From NCBI GenBank assembly GCA_053919585.1, contig CM132828.1: a stretch of 64,000 nt of DNA; one strand, given 5' to 3'. Source of the stretch: Euprymna scolopes (Eukaryota). Shown piece after piece: positions 30,001 through 41,449 of this stretch; the stretch's first letter is position 1, and every line of letters starts with the position of its first letter. Both the position numbers and the translations under genes were made by a program. The notes beneath the pieces were generated by a model. That model was not told the origin of the DNA and searched no databases. It was given only the letters and a program-made list of their open reading frames with translations.

Positions 30001-33000
30001 TATCAACACGTAATAAAGTCAATCATTTATTAAGTGGCAGATTTATTCACATGTAATAAAGTCAATCATTTATTAAGTGGCAGATTTATTCAAACGTAAT
30101 AAAGTCAATCATTTATTAAGTGGCAGATTTATTCACATGTAATAAAGTCAATCATTTATTAAGTGGCAGAGTTATTCACATGTAATAAAGTCAATCATTT
30201 ATTAAGTGGCAGATTTATTCACTTGTAATAAAGTCAATCATTTATTAAGTGGCAGATTTATTCACATGTAATAAAGTCAATCATTTATTAAGTGGCAGAT
30301 TTATTCACACATAATAAAGTCAATCATTTATTAAGTGGCAGATTTATTCACACGTAATAAATTCAATCATTTATAAAGTGGCAGATTTATTCACACGTAA
30401 TAAAGTCAATCATTTATTAAGTGGGAGATTTATTCACACGTAATAAAGTCAATCATTTATTAACTGGCAGGTTTATTCACATGTAATAAAGTCAATCATT
30501 TATTAAGTGGCAGATTTATTCACACGTAATAAAGTCAATCATTTATTAAGTGGCAGATTTATTCACATGTAATAAAGTCAATCATTTATAAAGTGGCAGA
30601 TTTATTCACACATAATAAAGTCAATCATTTATTAAGTGGCAGATTTGTTCACACGTAATAAAGTCAATCATTTATTAAGTGGCAGATTTATTCACACGTA
30701 ATAAAGTCAATCATTTATTAAGTGGCAGATTTATTCACACGTAATAAAGTCAATCATTTATTAAGTGGCAGATTTATTCACACGTAATAAAGTCAATCAT
30801 TTATTAAGTGGCAAATTTATTCACACGTAATAAAGTCAATCATTTATTTAGTGGCAGATTTATTCACATGTAATAAAGTCAGTAATTTATTAAGTGGCAG
30901 ATTTATTCACACGTAATAAAGTCAATCATTTATTAAGTGGCAGATTTATTCACATGTAATAAAGTCAATCATTTATTAAGTGGCAGATTTATTCACACGT
31001 AATAAAGTCAATCATTTATTAAGTGGCAGATTTATTCACATGTAATAAAGTCAGTCATTTATTAAGTGGCAGATTTATTCACATGTAATAAAGTCAATCA
31101 TTTATTAAGTGGCAGATTTATTCACATGTAATAAAGTCAATCATTTATTAAGTAGCCGATTTATTCACACGTAATAAAGTCAATCATATATTAAGTGGCA
31201 GATTTATTCACATGTAATAAAGTCAATCATTTATTAAGTGGCAGAATTATTCACATGTAATAAAGTCAATCATTTATTCAGTAGCAGATTTATTCACACG
31301 TAATAAAGTCAATTATTTATTAAGTGGCAGATTTATTCACACGTAATAAAGTCAATCATTTATTAAGTGGCAGATTTATTCACATGTAATAAAGTCAGTC
31401 ATTTATTAAGTGGCAGATTTATTCACACGTAATAAAGTCAATCATTTATTAAGTTGCAGATTTATTCACATGTAATAAAGTCAATCATTTATTAAGTGGC
31501 AGATTTATTCACATGTAATAAAGTCAGTCATTTATTAAGTGGCAGAGTTATTCACATGTAATAAAGTCAATCATTTATTAAGTGGCAGATTTATTCACAT
31601 GTAATAAAGTCAATCATTTATTTAGTAGCAGATTTATTCACACGTACTAAAGTCAATCATTTATTAAGTGGCAGATTTATTCACACGTAATAAAGTCAAT
31701 CATTTATTAAGTGGCAGATTTATTCACATGTAATAAAGTCAGTCATTTATTAAGTGGCAGATTTATTCACATGTAATAAAGTCAATCATTTATTAAGTGG
31801 CAGATTTATTCACATGTAATAAAGTCAATCATTTATTAAGTGGCAGATTTATTCACACGTAATAAAGTCAATCATATATTAAGTGGCAGATTTATTCACA
31901 TGTAATAAAGTCAATCATTTATTAAGTGGCAGATTTATTCACATGTAATAAAGTCAATCATTTATTCAGTAGCAGATTTATTCACACGTAATAAAGTCAA
32001 TCATTTATTAAGTTGCAGATTTATTCACACGTAATAAAGTCAATCATTTATTAAGTGGCAGATTTATTTACATGTAATAAAGTCAATCATTTATTCAGTA
32101 GCAGATTTATTCACACGTAATAAAGTCAATCATTTATTAAGTGGCAGATTTATTCACATGTAGTAAAGTAAGTCATTTATTAAGTGGCAGATTTATTCAC
32201 ACGTAATAAAGTCAATCATTTATTAAGTGGCAGATTTATTCACATGTAATAAAGTCAATCATTTATTAAGTGGCAGATTTATTCACACGTAATAAAGTCA
32301 ATCATTTATTAAGTGGCAGATTTATTCACATGTAATAAAGTCAGTCATTTATTAAGTGGCAGATTTATTCACATGTAATAAAGTCAATCATTTATTAAGT
32401 GGCAGATTTATTCACATGTAATAAAGTCAATCATTTATTAAGTAGCAGATTTATTCACACGTAATAAAGTCAATCATTTATTAAGTGGCAGATTTATTCA
32501 CATGTAATAAAGTCAATCATTTATTCAGTAGCAGATTTATTCACACGTAATAAAGTCAATTATTTATTAAGTGGCAGATTTATTCACACGTAATAAAGTC
32601 AATCATTTATAAAGTGGCAGATTTATTCACATGTAATAAAGTCAGTCATTTATTAAGTGGCAGATTTATTCACACGTAATAAAGTCAATCATTTATTAAG
32701 TTGCAGATTTATTCACATGTAATAAAGTCAATCATTTATTAAGTGGCAGATTTATTCACATGTAATAAAGTCAGTCATTTATTAAGTGGCAGAGTTATTC
32801 ACATGTAATAAAGTCAATCATTTATTAAGTGGCAGATTTATTCACATGTAATAAAGTAAATCATTTATTAAGTAGCAGATTTATTCACACGTACTAAAGT
32901 CAATCATTTATTAAGTGGCAGATTTATTCACACGTAATAAAGTCAATCATTTCTTAAGTGGCAGATTTATTCACATGTAATAAAGTCAGTCATTTATTAA

Positions 33001-34188
33001 GTGGCAGATTTATTCACATGTAAAAAGTCAATCATTTATTAAGTGGCAGATTTATTCACATGTAATAAAGTCAATCATTTATTAAGTGGCAGATTTATTC
33101 ACACGTAATAAAGTCAATCATATATTAAGTGGCAGATTTATTCACATGTAATAAAGTCAATCATTTATTAAGTGGCAGATTTATTCACATGTAATAAAGT
33201 CAATCATTTATTCAGTAGCAGATTTATTCACACGTAATAAAGTCAATCATTTATTAAGTGGCAGATTTATTCACACGTAATAAAGTCTATCATTTATTAA
33301 GTGGCAGATTTATTCACATGTAATAAAGTCAATCATTTATTCAGTAGCAGATTTATTCACACGTAATAAAGTCAATCATTTATTAACTGGCAGATTTATT
33401 CACATGTAATAAAGTCAGTCATTAATTAACTGGCAGATTGATTCACACGTAATAAAGTCAATCATTTATTAAGTTGCAGATTTATTCACATGTAATAAAG
33501 TCAATCATTTATTAACTGGCAGATTTATTCACATGTAATAAAGTCAATCATTTATTAAGTGGCAGATTTATTCACATGTAATAAAGTCAATCATTTATTA
33601 AGTGGCAGATTTATTCACATGTAATAAAGTCAATCATTTATTAAGTGGCAGATTTATTCACATGTAATAAAGTCAATCATTTATTAAGTGGCAGATTTAT
33701 TCACATGTAATAAAGTCAATCATTTATTAAGTAGCAGATTTATTCACACGTAATAAAGTCAATCATTTATTTAGTGGCAGATTTATTCACACGTAATAAA
33801 GTCAATCATTTATTAAGTGGAAGATTTATTCACATGTAATAAAGTCAGTCATTTATTAAGTGGCAGATTTATTCACATGTAATAAAGTCAATCATTTATT
33901 AAGTGGCAGATTTATTCACATGTAATAAAGTCAATCATTTATTAAGTAGCAGATTTATTCACACGTAATAAAGTCAATCATTTATTAAGTGGCAGATTTA
34001 TTCACATGTAATAAAGTCAGTCATTTATTAAGTGGCAGATTTATTCACACGTAATAAAGTCAATCATTTATTAAGTGGCAGATTTATTCACATGTAATAA
34101 AGTCAATCATTTATTAAGTGGCAGATTTATTCTCATGTAATAAAGTCAATCATTTATTAAGTGGCAGATTTATTCACACGTAATAAAG
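1..34188. repeat. 43-bp satellite DNA array, ~795 monomers, extends beyond the left edge of the window
   Basis: Monomer AAAGTCAATCATTTATTAAGTGGCAGATTTATTCACAYGTAAT recurs at 1, 44, 87 and onward without spacers. Variation is mostly single substitutions plus rare 1-bp indels (e.g. 10292, 13081, 28051). The array ends abruptly at ...cacacgtaataaag|aatagg (34188). Confidence 0.99.
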
Positions 34189-34347
34189 AATAGGAAAAAT
34201 ACTGTTTACTTGGAAGATCCTTTTTACGATGTTAACAATTGAGATTGTTATTGTTTAATTGGTGTTTATAATGACACTATACGATTTAACGTGTATTTCC
34301 CTCGAAATCTTGCTTTGCTTTATGGCAATAGTTTAGATTCCATTTTT

Positions 34348-34690
34348 AACATGTTATTCATAAAACAGAATACGATAAAAAATATACAAATAAAAAAATT
34401 CAAAAAATTTAAACATGTAATTAATAAAACAGAATACGCTAAGAAGAAAGAAAAATATACAAATAAAAAATTCAAAAATTTAAACATGTAATTAATGAAA
34501 CAGAATACGCTAAGAAGAAAGAAAAATATACAAATAAAAAAATTCAAACAATTTAAACATGTAATTAATAAAACAGAATACGCTAAGAAGAAAAAAAAAT
34601 ATACAAATAAAAAAGTTCAAAACTTTTAAACATGCAATAAATAAAACATAAGAAAAAATAAAAATATGCAAATGTAAAAATTTAAAATTT
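34348..34690. repeat. ~72-bp A-rich tandem repeat, ~4.5 copies
   Basis: AAACATG anchor at 34411, 34482, 34555 and 34628; unit aaacatgtaattaataaaacagaatacgctaagaagaaagaaaaatatacaaataaaaaattcaaaaattt. Confidence 0.9.
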
Positions 34691-35595
34691 TTCGACACTT
34701 GAATCTTTAGAATCTGTGCATTAATAATCGTAGTTGGCTGCAAATGGATCAATTTAACAACATTTTCTTTGTGTAACAATTATGCTGTTAGAAAAGTGAT
34801 ATGTTTTATTGCAATAGTTTAGATTTCTATTAAAGGACAATTTCTTGAAATAAATTTTAAATAAAATTATCAGCAATTTTGACATCATTATTTATGAATT
34901 GTGTAACTATTTATGTTTTCTTAAGTAATTTGCTAATTATCTTGTATTTGCTGAATTTTCTTAGTATTTTTTCACGTTTTTTCTGTAAAAGCTAAATGCT
35001 ATACAAGTAAGGAGGTTAATGAGCCACATTCCTTTTCAAGTTCCTATTGCTAGGCCTAACAATTGGGTTAAGGGATCATTTAGGTAACTTTTCTTGCGGT
35101 ACTCAAATCTAGTCCAGGGGACGGACGCTTAGCCAGTGCATAGTGATTCAAAACACAGTTGTTTAAAAAAAAACTTGCAAAAAAATATTATGTACTGAAT
35201 TCATTACATAATTGAATAAAAACTAAGATGTTTTTTTTTGTTTAGTAAATCGTTTTAGGAAAGTACAGAATAGTTAACAATACCTCTGTCTCGTGCTTAA
35301 AATATATTACTAAAGAATTATGTAGAAAATCATTCTAACAATGTGAAAGGGGGTCTTTTAAAAAATATTTATTATAAGATTTGAAGAAAGGAAACATTTT
35401 AATTACAATAAATATATGTGTAAGAAAATTAAATTCAAATTTCCAGTGAAAAAAATCACATTCAACCAAACCAATTGGGGGAACTAGATTTTCGTATGTG
35501 TTAATTATACAGGGAACTGATTTTCCCAATTCACCGTTGACTGATGAACATATTTTTAACTGGAAGTTGCAATTCTCGTCAGTTAGGCAATTGTA

Positions 35596-35788
35596 TCAAG
35601 TAATAACGTATATGTGTGCTGTTCAAGTAATAACGTATATGTGTGCTGTTCAAGTAATAACGTATATGTGTGCTGTTCAAGTAATAACGTATATGTGTGC
35701 TGTTCAAAAAGTAGTTTATAATTTTAGAAATAAAGTAATAACGTATATGTGTGCTGTTCAAAAAGTAGTTTATTATTTTAGAAATAAA
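35596..35788. repeat. 27-bp minisatellite (4 copies) extending into a 54-bp variant unit
   Basis: tcaagtaataacgtatatgtgtgctgt at 35596, 35623, 35650 and 35677, then 54-bp units at 35704 and 35758. It lies in a stretch absent from copy B and explains the repetitive ORFs 35498-35806 and 35579-35761. Confidence 0.95.
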
Positions 35789-36934
35789 AACAAAGATGAT
35801 CGGTAATTCACTCTAAAAATAAAATTGGCACTGTTATGAAAATAGACGAAATAAAAATTATTTATTAAAAATGCCCTCCCACGCCACACAAGAAATGTTA
35901 TACAAAAAGTCAAAAGAAAAACAAATATATTTTGAAAATCTTTACAATCTAACTCAGTGTAGATCACACCCTTTATTTTTTTACTATTACGTTTAAATTA
36001 TTATTGAAAAATAAAAAGGAATTACAAATATTAAATAGCTAGGATTTTAAAATTGGGGATCACTTTCCTATATAAATTTAACGTAAAATGAACACCCCTG
36101 TTAGCAGTCACCAAGACACTGAATAGATTAATTTCCAATTAAGATGGTTGAATGGGTGACTTATATCGGTTTTATATTAATAGTTATTTAAAAACGTATC
36201 GGCTCTACTCCTCCTCCAAAAAGAAGAAAACAAAATCTGACACGAGCATTCTCTCCTCCTTTCCTGTGCCATAAAATTTAGAAACTACAAACGATTATTA
36301 GTCGTGTTGATCACTAACTGGCCACAAAGTGGATGCTCATTTTACATAAAATTAATATTGTTAAATGATCACACACTCTAACATTTTAATTATTTATTTT
36401 TATCAATTCTTTCTTTGCAGATATTTTTATAGTATTTTGAAATATAATAACAAAAAAAGGAAAGTAGATTTTTAATTCTTAGATGATAAACAATGCTGTG
36501 TAGATTGTAAAGATTTACCGATTTTTTTCACCAATAAGTTTCTGTTAATTGATGATGACCAATATAAATGGGTTCTCATTTTATGTAAACTTTATAAAAC
36601 CATTAGCCCCTATTCTAAAATCTTAATAATTGGATAAAATATCAAACGTCAAACATTATCCTCTAGGTAGTATAGACAGACAAAGAATTGTATAAAATGG
36701 TCAAACAATTAAATATCGAAAAAGCAGTTTTTGACCAACTTTGAATTAAATTGTTTTTATTGTAAATTATGTAGTTTATGGTAAACATTATTTTCTCAGA
36801 AAACACAAAATTTTTAATTAAAGCAAATTTTGACAGAAATCCAAATATCAGATGGAACATTTTATTTAAAATAAATATATTTTGAATTAAAGACTAATAT
36901 AGGACTGAATATTTAACAGGATTTTTTAAATCAG

Positions 36935-37115
36935 AAATTCATAAATTTTATTCATATTTATTTTAAAGCATGATATAATCAATATATCTTTTATTAGATT
37001 GCAATAAGTAAATAAAAATTTAATAAGAAATTTATAAATTTTATTCACATTTATTATAAAGCATGGTGGAATCAATAATTGTTTTTATTAGATTGCAATA
37101 AATAAAAATATTTTT
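36935..37115. repeat. ~93-bp degenerate tandem duplication
   Basis: aaatt.ataaattttattca.atttatt.taaagcatg...ttttattagattgcaataa at 36935 and 37028. Confidence 0.8.
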
Positions 37116-37329
37116 AATATTTAAGATTATTTTACAACATATAGAATGGGATTGTTTAAATGTCTAAAGAATAAAACAAAAACTTACATTACAAGAATTC
37201 AATTTAAAAAAGTGAAATTTGTTTTGTTTTGTAAATTTTTTTTCGTTTTAGTAAATCGATAAAACTGTTGTTTTGTGTGTCCATTAACAAATAAAATATA
37301 TGAAAATATAAAACAATGGAAAGTTGTCA

Positions 37330-37718
37330 ATTCTAGTTTTTTTGTATTTCCATTTGTGTTCTATTTTTTTATTTGTTATTCTGGAACTTATCACCATTTT
37401 TTCATTCTAGATGTTATCAGAATTTCTGGATTGTTTTTATTTCTTCTAGGATACAATTGGTCTCTAAGTCACTAGGTTTCTGTAGAATAGCATTACATTA
37501 CTTCTGAAGAGATTATTATGCTATTTTGCCTTCTGTTTGTTCTCTCTCCTTGGATCCTTTAGTGCTTGTATCTGGCCTTCTATTTTGTCCTCTAGTTCTT
37601 TTGCAACATTTTTCATCTCTTCTATGTTTACATTGGAAACTTTAGTCGCCATGCTGATGTAATAATTTTTGCATTTTATTTTTTGGAATTGAGGGAATAT
37701 TTTTTCTTTTACATCTTC
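37330..37718 (-). mobile_element. Decayed fragment of an R4/Dong-like (RLE) non-LTR retrotransposon, region upstream of the RT domain
   Basis: Manual minus-strand translation gives ...KELEDKIEGQIQALKDPRRENKQKAK*HNNLFRSNVMLFYRNL, resembling the K.QAL...QN.LF..N...FYR.L segment of R4-clade ORFs and the equivalent stretch at 61820-61930. It contains stops. Confidence 0.45.
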
Positions 37719-37930
37719 TATTGTGTGTCACTAAATGTGATTCTACAGAACAAGAATATCCACACACTTCGCAAGCATGTGGCTTTGCCCCAGTGTCAGT
37801 TCTTATATGTCTCAATAACGTTGATTTTTCAGAATAAAAATATCCACACACATGACAGACTGTAGAGTTTGATCCATTAAGACTGGTGGTGTCGGTCTAT
37901 TCACAAACCTCACAAGAATATGGTTTTCCT
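37719..37930 (-). pseudogene. Degenerate C2H2 fingers downstream of the ZNF stop codon
   Basis: ORF 37642-37851 encodes CGYFYSEKSTLLRHIRTDTGAKPHACEVCGYSCSVESHLVTH (His ligands lost). A KPYSCEVC remnant lies at ~37900-37930. Confidence 0.8.
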
Positions 37931-37984
37931 TTTTTAAATTTTACTTTTGTTAGTTTGACGAGATCAAGTGGCTCTTTCCTGGGA

Positions 37985-38764
37985 CTAACACTTGAAGTGA
38001 ATTCTCATATGTCTAACTAATGTTGACGTTTCAGAACAAGAAAATCCACACATATCACAAGAATATGGCTTTTCACCAGTGTGAGTTCGCATATGTTTCA
38101 CTAAATTTGATTTTGCAGAACAAGAGTATCCACAAACCTCACAAGAATGTAGTTTTTCGCCAGTGTGCATTCTCATATGTGTAAGTAATGTTGATTTATC
38201 AGAACAAGAATATACACACACTTCACAAGAATATGGCTTTTCGCCAGTGTGAGTTCGCATATGTTTCACTAAATTTGATTTTCTAGAACAAGAATATCCA
38301 CAAACTTCACAAGAATGTGGTTTTTCGCCAGTGTGTGTTCTCATATGTCGAACTAATGTTGATTTAGTAGAAAAAGAATATCCACACACTTCACAAGAAT
38401 ATGGCTTTTCGCCAGTGTGAGTTCGCATATGAATCACTAAATTTGATTGTTCAGAACAAGAATATCCACACACTTCACAAGAATATGGCTTCTCAAAAGT
38501 GTGCGTTCGCATATGTATTGCTAAACTTTGTCTGGTAGAACAAGAATATCTACAAATTTCACAAGAATATGGCTTTTCCCCAGTGTGAGTTCTCATATGT
38601 GTCACTAATGATGATTTTACAGAACAAGAATATCCACAAACTTCACAAGAATGTGGCTTTTCCCCAGTGTGTGTTCTCATATGTATCACTAAAGTTAATT
38701 TGTAAGAACAGGAATATCCACAAACTTCACAAGTATGTGTCTTTTCATCACTGTGCACCTGCAT
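37985..38764 (-). CDS. Tandem C2H2 (Kruppel-type) zinc-finger protein, 9 intact fingers, no effector domain visible
   Basis: 259-aa ORF with nine CxxC-x12-HxxxH repeats joined by TGEKP(Y/H)-type linkers. It lies in an exon with a candidate acceptor tttatttacag at 38871-38881 (minus). Confidence 0.85.
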   Translation of the reverse strand: MQVHSDEKTHTCEVCGYSCSYKLTLVIHMRTHTGEKPHSCEVCGYSCSVKSSLVTHMRTHTGEKPYSCEICRYSCSTRQSLAIHMRTHTFEKPYSCEVCGYSCSEQSNLVIHMRTHTGEKPYSCEVCGYSFSTKSTLVRHMRTHTGEKPHSCEVCGYSCSRKSNLVKHMRTHTGEKPYSCEVCVYSCSDKSTLLTHMRMHTGEKLHSCEVCGYSCSAKSNLVKHMRTHTGEKPYSCDMCGFSCSETSTLVRHMRIHFKC

Positions 38765-38860
38765 GTTTCACTAAAATTGATTACAGAAAGTGAACCTGCT
38801 TCATAAGAATATAACATACATTGCTGAGAGACTGTTAAAAAATTATATAAATGTGATGAA

Positions 38861-38950
38861 GCAGGAACATCTGTAAATAAAAATAAAAGAAATAAAATAT
38901 TTTTAGTTTGTAAATCACATATTAGTTTTGTTTTTATTATGATAAGATAA
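38861..38950 (-). other. Conserved 3' splice acceptor and exon start of the minus-strand ZNF gene
   Basis: Reverse complement reads ataataaaaacaaaactaatatgtga...actaaaaatatt...tttttatttacag|ATGTTCCTGC, colinear with 60722-60808 on plus. Confidence 0.7.
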
Positions 38951-38998
38951 AACACATTTTAAATATTTATATAAAGTAAAACAAAGTTTATAATATAC

Positions 38999-39001
<3 letters not shown>

Positions 39002-39055
<54 letters not shown>
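39002..39055. repeat. (TA)n microsatellite
   Basis: About 27 perfect TA units. Confidence 0.98.
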
Positions 39056-39062
<7 letters not shown>

Positions 39063-39489
39063 GTTTTAATTAAAACTAACTCCTTCTAAACAGCAGCTGC
39101 CACTCACTTAGAATTGTTCTTTTGAACATAACTGCCTATTTGTGATTTATTGATGTACAGTTATTGAATTACCCCAAACATAGCAACTGTCACCATTCCC
39201 CACCAAAACCCAATAGCCAACTACTGCTGAAGTGAAACTAGAACCCTTGATCAACACAACACCCAAACAAAGCCTTAATCAATGCAATACCCAAACAATC
39301 AATCACTGCAACTGCTGTAAATTATTCTGTTGCATTTGCAATTCAACATACGCCTAATAAAACAACATTACCCACCTAATCTATCCACCCCACATTCAAT
39401 GGCCACATTCAAATATCCACAATCATATAGTATTCTCCTCTTATTTTATAAAATCTTGCATCGGAAACCACATATTTTTCTCAAACAAT

Positions 39490-39725
39490 AATTCTGAAGC
39501 AAAATACATCTAGTCAACGCTCATAAGAAACATAAGGACAAATAATATTAAGTACTCTCTTTAAATAGGAAACCATAATTCCAAAGAAAAATACATCTAA
39601 CCAACGCTCATCAGAAACCTAAGGAGAAATATATAAAGTACTGTCTTTAAATAAAAAAAATAAAATTCCAAAGCAAAAGACATCTATACAACACACAATA
39701 ATATTAAGTATTGTCTTTAAATTAA
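39490..39725. repeat. 87-bp degenerate tandem repeat, ~2.7 copies
   Basis: aattc..aag.aaaa.acatcta anchor at 39490, 39577 and 39664, each followed by aagta.t.tctttaaa. Confidence 0.8.
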
Positions 39726-39955
39726 AAGCAAAAACAAATACATTTACTCTTGACTCACATTACGTAATACCCATCTAAAAATACTCATCTCTGTAAAAAT
39801 ACCCACCCATCTAAAAATATCAACCCATCTAAAAATAGCTGCGCACACAACATCTGCAAACATTTAAAAACCTCATAAGCTTTGCATGCTTAAGAAATAA
39901 CATCTGGATATCATTCATCACTCAGCCTTCACCTGGTGATAAACTGCTTCCTTTG

Positions 39956-40562
39956 ATTTTTTTATTCAATTTTCACCCCAAACAAGGCACAGTGCCACTT
40001 TGAAGCAGGGGGCTACAATCAGGGACTTAATTAGCGGGGTCATTATGAAGGGAGATGAGTAGAAAGATGTTTGTTAACATTACACTTGAACTTCTGCATA
40101 TCATTGCAGTTGGGAAATCAGAATCCCGGAAGGGAGTTCCAAAGACCCGCAGTTCTGGGGAAGAAACTATTGGAGTAAAAGGCTTTCTTGCACCTAGGGA
40201 TCTCTACTGTAAAGGGATGAGACTTGGTAGCTTGTCGGGTTTGTCGGGGGTAGTTACGTCGGGGAGGTACAAGTGTTTGCAGTTTGTCAGAGCATTCACC
40301 ATTAAAGTATTTGTAGAACAGGCAGAAGGATGCAACATCTCGTCGATGGGACAGAGGCTGAAGCCTAGATGACAGTTCAGGACCTATCAGAGTGGCGACT
40401 CTCTTTTGAACCTGTCCAGGAGCGAGAGACAAGCAGCAGACGCACCAGCCCAGATGTGACAACAGTACTCCATACATGGGTGAATGGTTGCCTTATAGAG
40501 GTATATGATACTGTCAGGCGTAAGTAGTTTTCTAGCACGGTAGAGGGAGCCAACCTTCCTAA
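39956..40562 (-). mobile_element. 5'-truncated CR1-group LINE (C-terminus of ORF2 plus 3' UTR)
   Basis: Frameshifted ORFs give RKVGSLYRARKLLTPDSIIYLYKATIHPCMEYCCHIWAGA...QKRVATLIGPELSSRLQPLSHRRDVASFCLFYKYF...SFFPRTAGLWNSLP. The 3' UTR ends ccttgtttggggtgaa..aataaaaaa, as in the copy at 59740-59880. Confidence 0.9.
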
Positions 40563-41449
40563 ACCCCATAGCATGACTAGAGTAAATTCTATTCTAACTG
40601 GCAAGAAAATATTTTTTAATTGGCATTTCCATGTGCTTAGAAAAGACAAGAAAATTTCAAAAACACCCGACTCCTAGCTATTCCTAGCCCGTTTGACCCC
40701 TTGCTGCCCCCTTCCTTATGTAATCATCAGCATAGAAAGTTTCTTCCTCGCATAAAAATCATACATACTACTCTACATTTTTCCTCACATAACAATAGGA
40801 AGCCACGCTAGTAGCTACCTCACTTCACCCCAGGACAGTTGGATTCTTTGTGGCTTTCTACTGGTAAACTGAGTCAGTTCAAACTCCGTTCTACATTATA
40901 TTTTCTCCAACTCTGAGCCTCAACACCAATTTCTTCATCTCGTGTATGGATGTATAGTTTTGACGCCTATAGACGCATATGGTGATATTTGGTGCTTGAA
41001 AGTTGACCATCATATAATTGGAAATCCAGTATGCACTCACCCAAATTGTCTGCGTGATCAACAGTCAATGTCTATCTACTTTAAATTGGATCGGACAATT
41101 TTCTATGACGGAAATGATTTATACGGAAATTCTCTATCAAAGTAGAATGATAGTTCCTCCTTTTTGGGGCTTGTTGATTCCAGCATGTAGATAGAAAGAT
41201 ATGCTGATATCTATGTATGTATATTATTTTGTTGTATATGTAAATATATAATTATATACATATAACCCCACTTGGTTTGAAATATACGAACCCTACCTCC
41301 AGATATTATGCCTTACGTTATTTATTTTCATAGACAGTTGCATAGAATTTCCTATTTACAACTTATTTATTTTTTGTGACATCACGTAACCTTTTCTTTA
41401 TTAAATTAGAAAAGGAACTTGAATGACTAAAACTTAAACTTGAATCAAA

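Larger units (their letters stand above)
34915..37315. other. Paralogous non-coding module, copy A (direct with 44305-48500, inverted with 51605-53300)
   Basis: Colinear blocks shared with copy B, e.g. gtactcaaatct..gcttagccag (35099/44444), gtacagaatagttaacaa (35263/44621), gaaactac.aacgatta (36281/45099), aaataaaatatatgaaaata (37289/48333). Confidence 0.85.

Noticed and set aside
1-34188. CRISPR array
   Set aside because: The repeats are head-to-tail with no unique spacers, there are no cas genes, and the context is eukaryotic.
34291-35806. Short ORFs with repeated peptides (e.g. VITYMCAVQ, NSTHIRYYL)
   Set aside because: They are translations of the 72-bp and 27-bp tandem repeats, open on both strands, with no domain signature.
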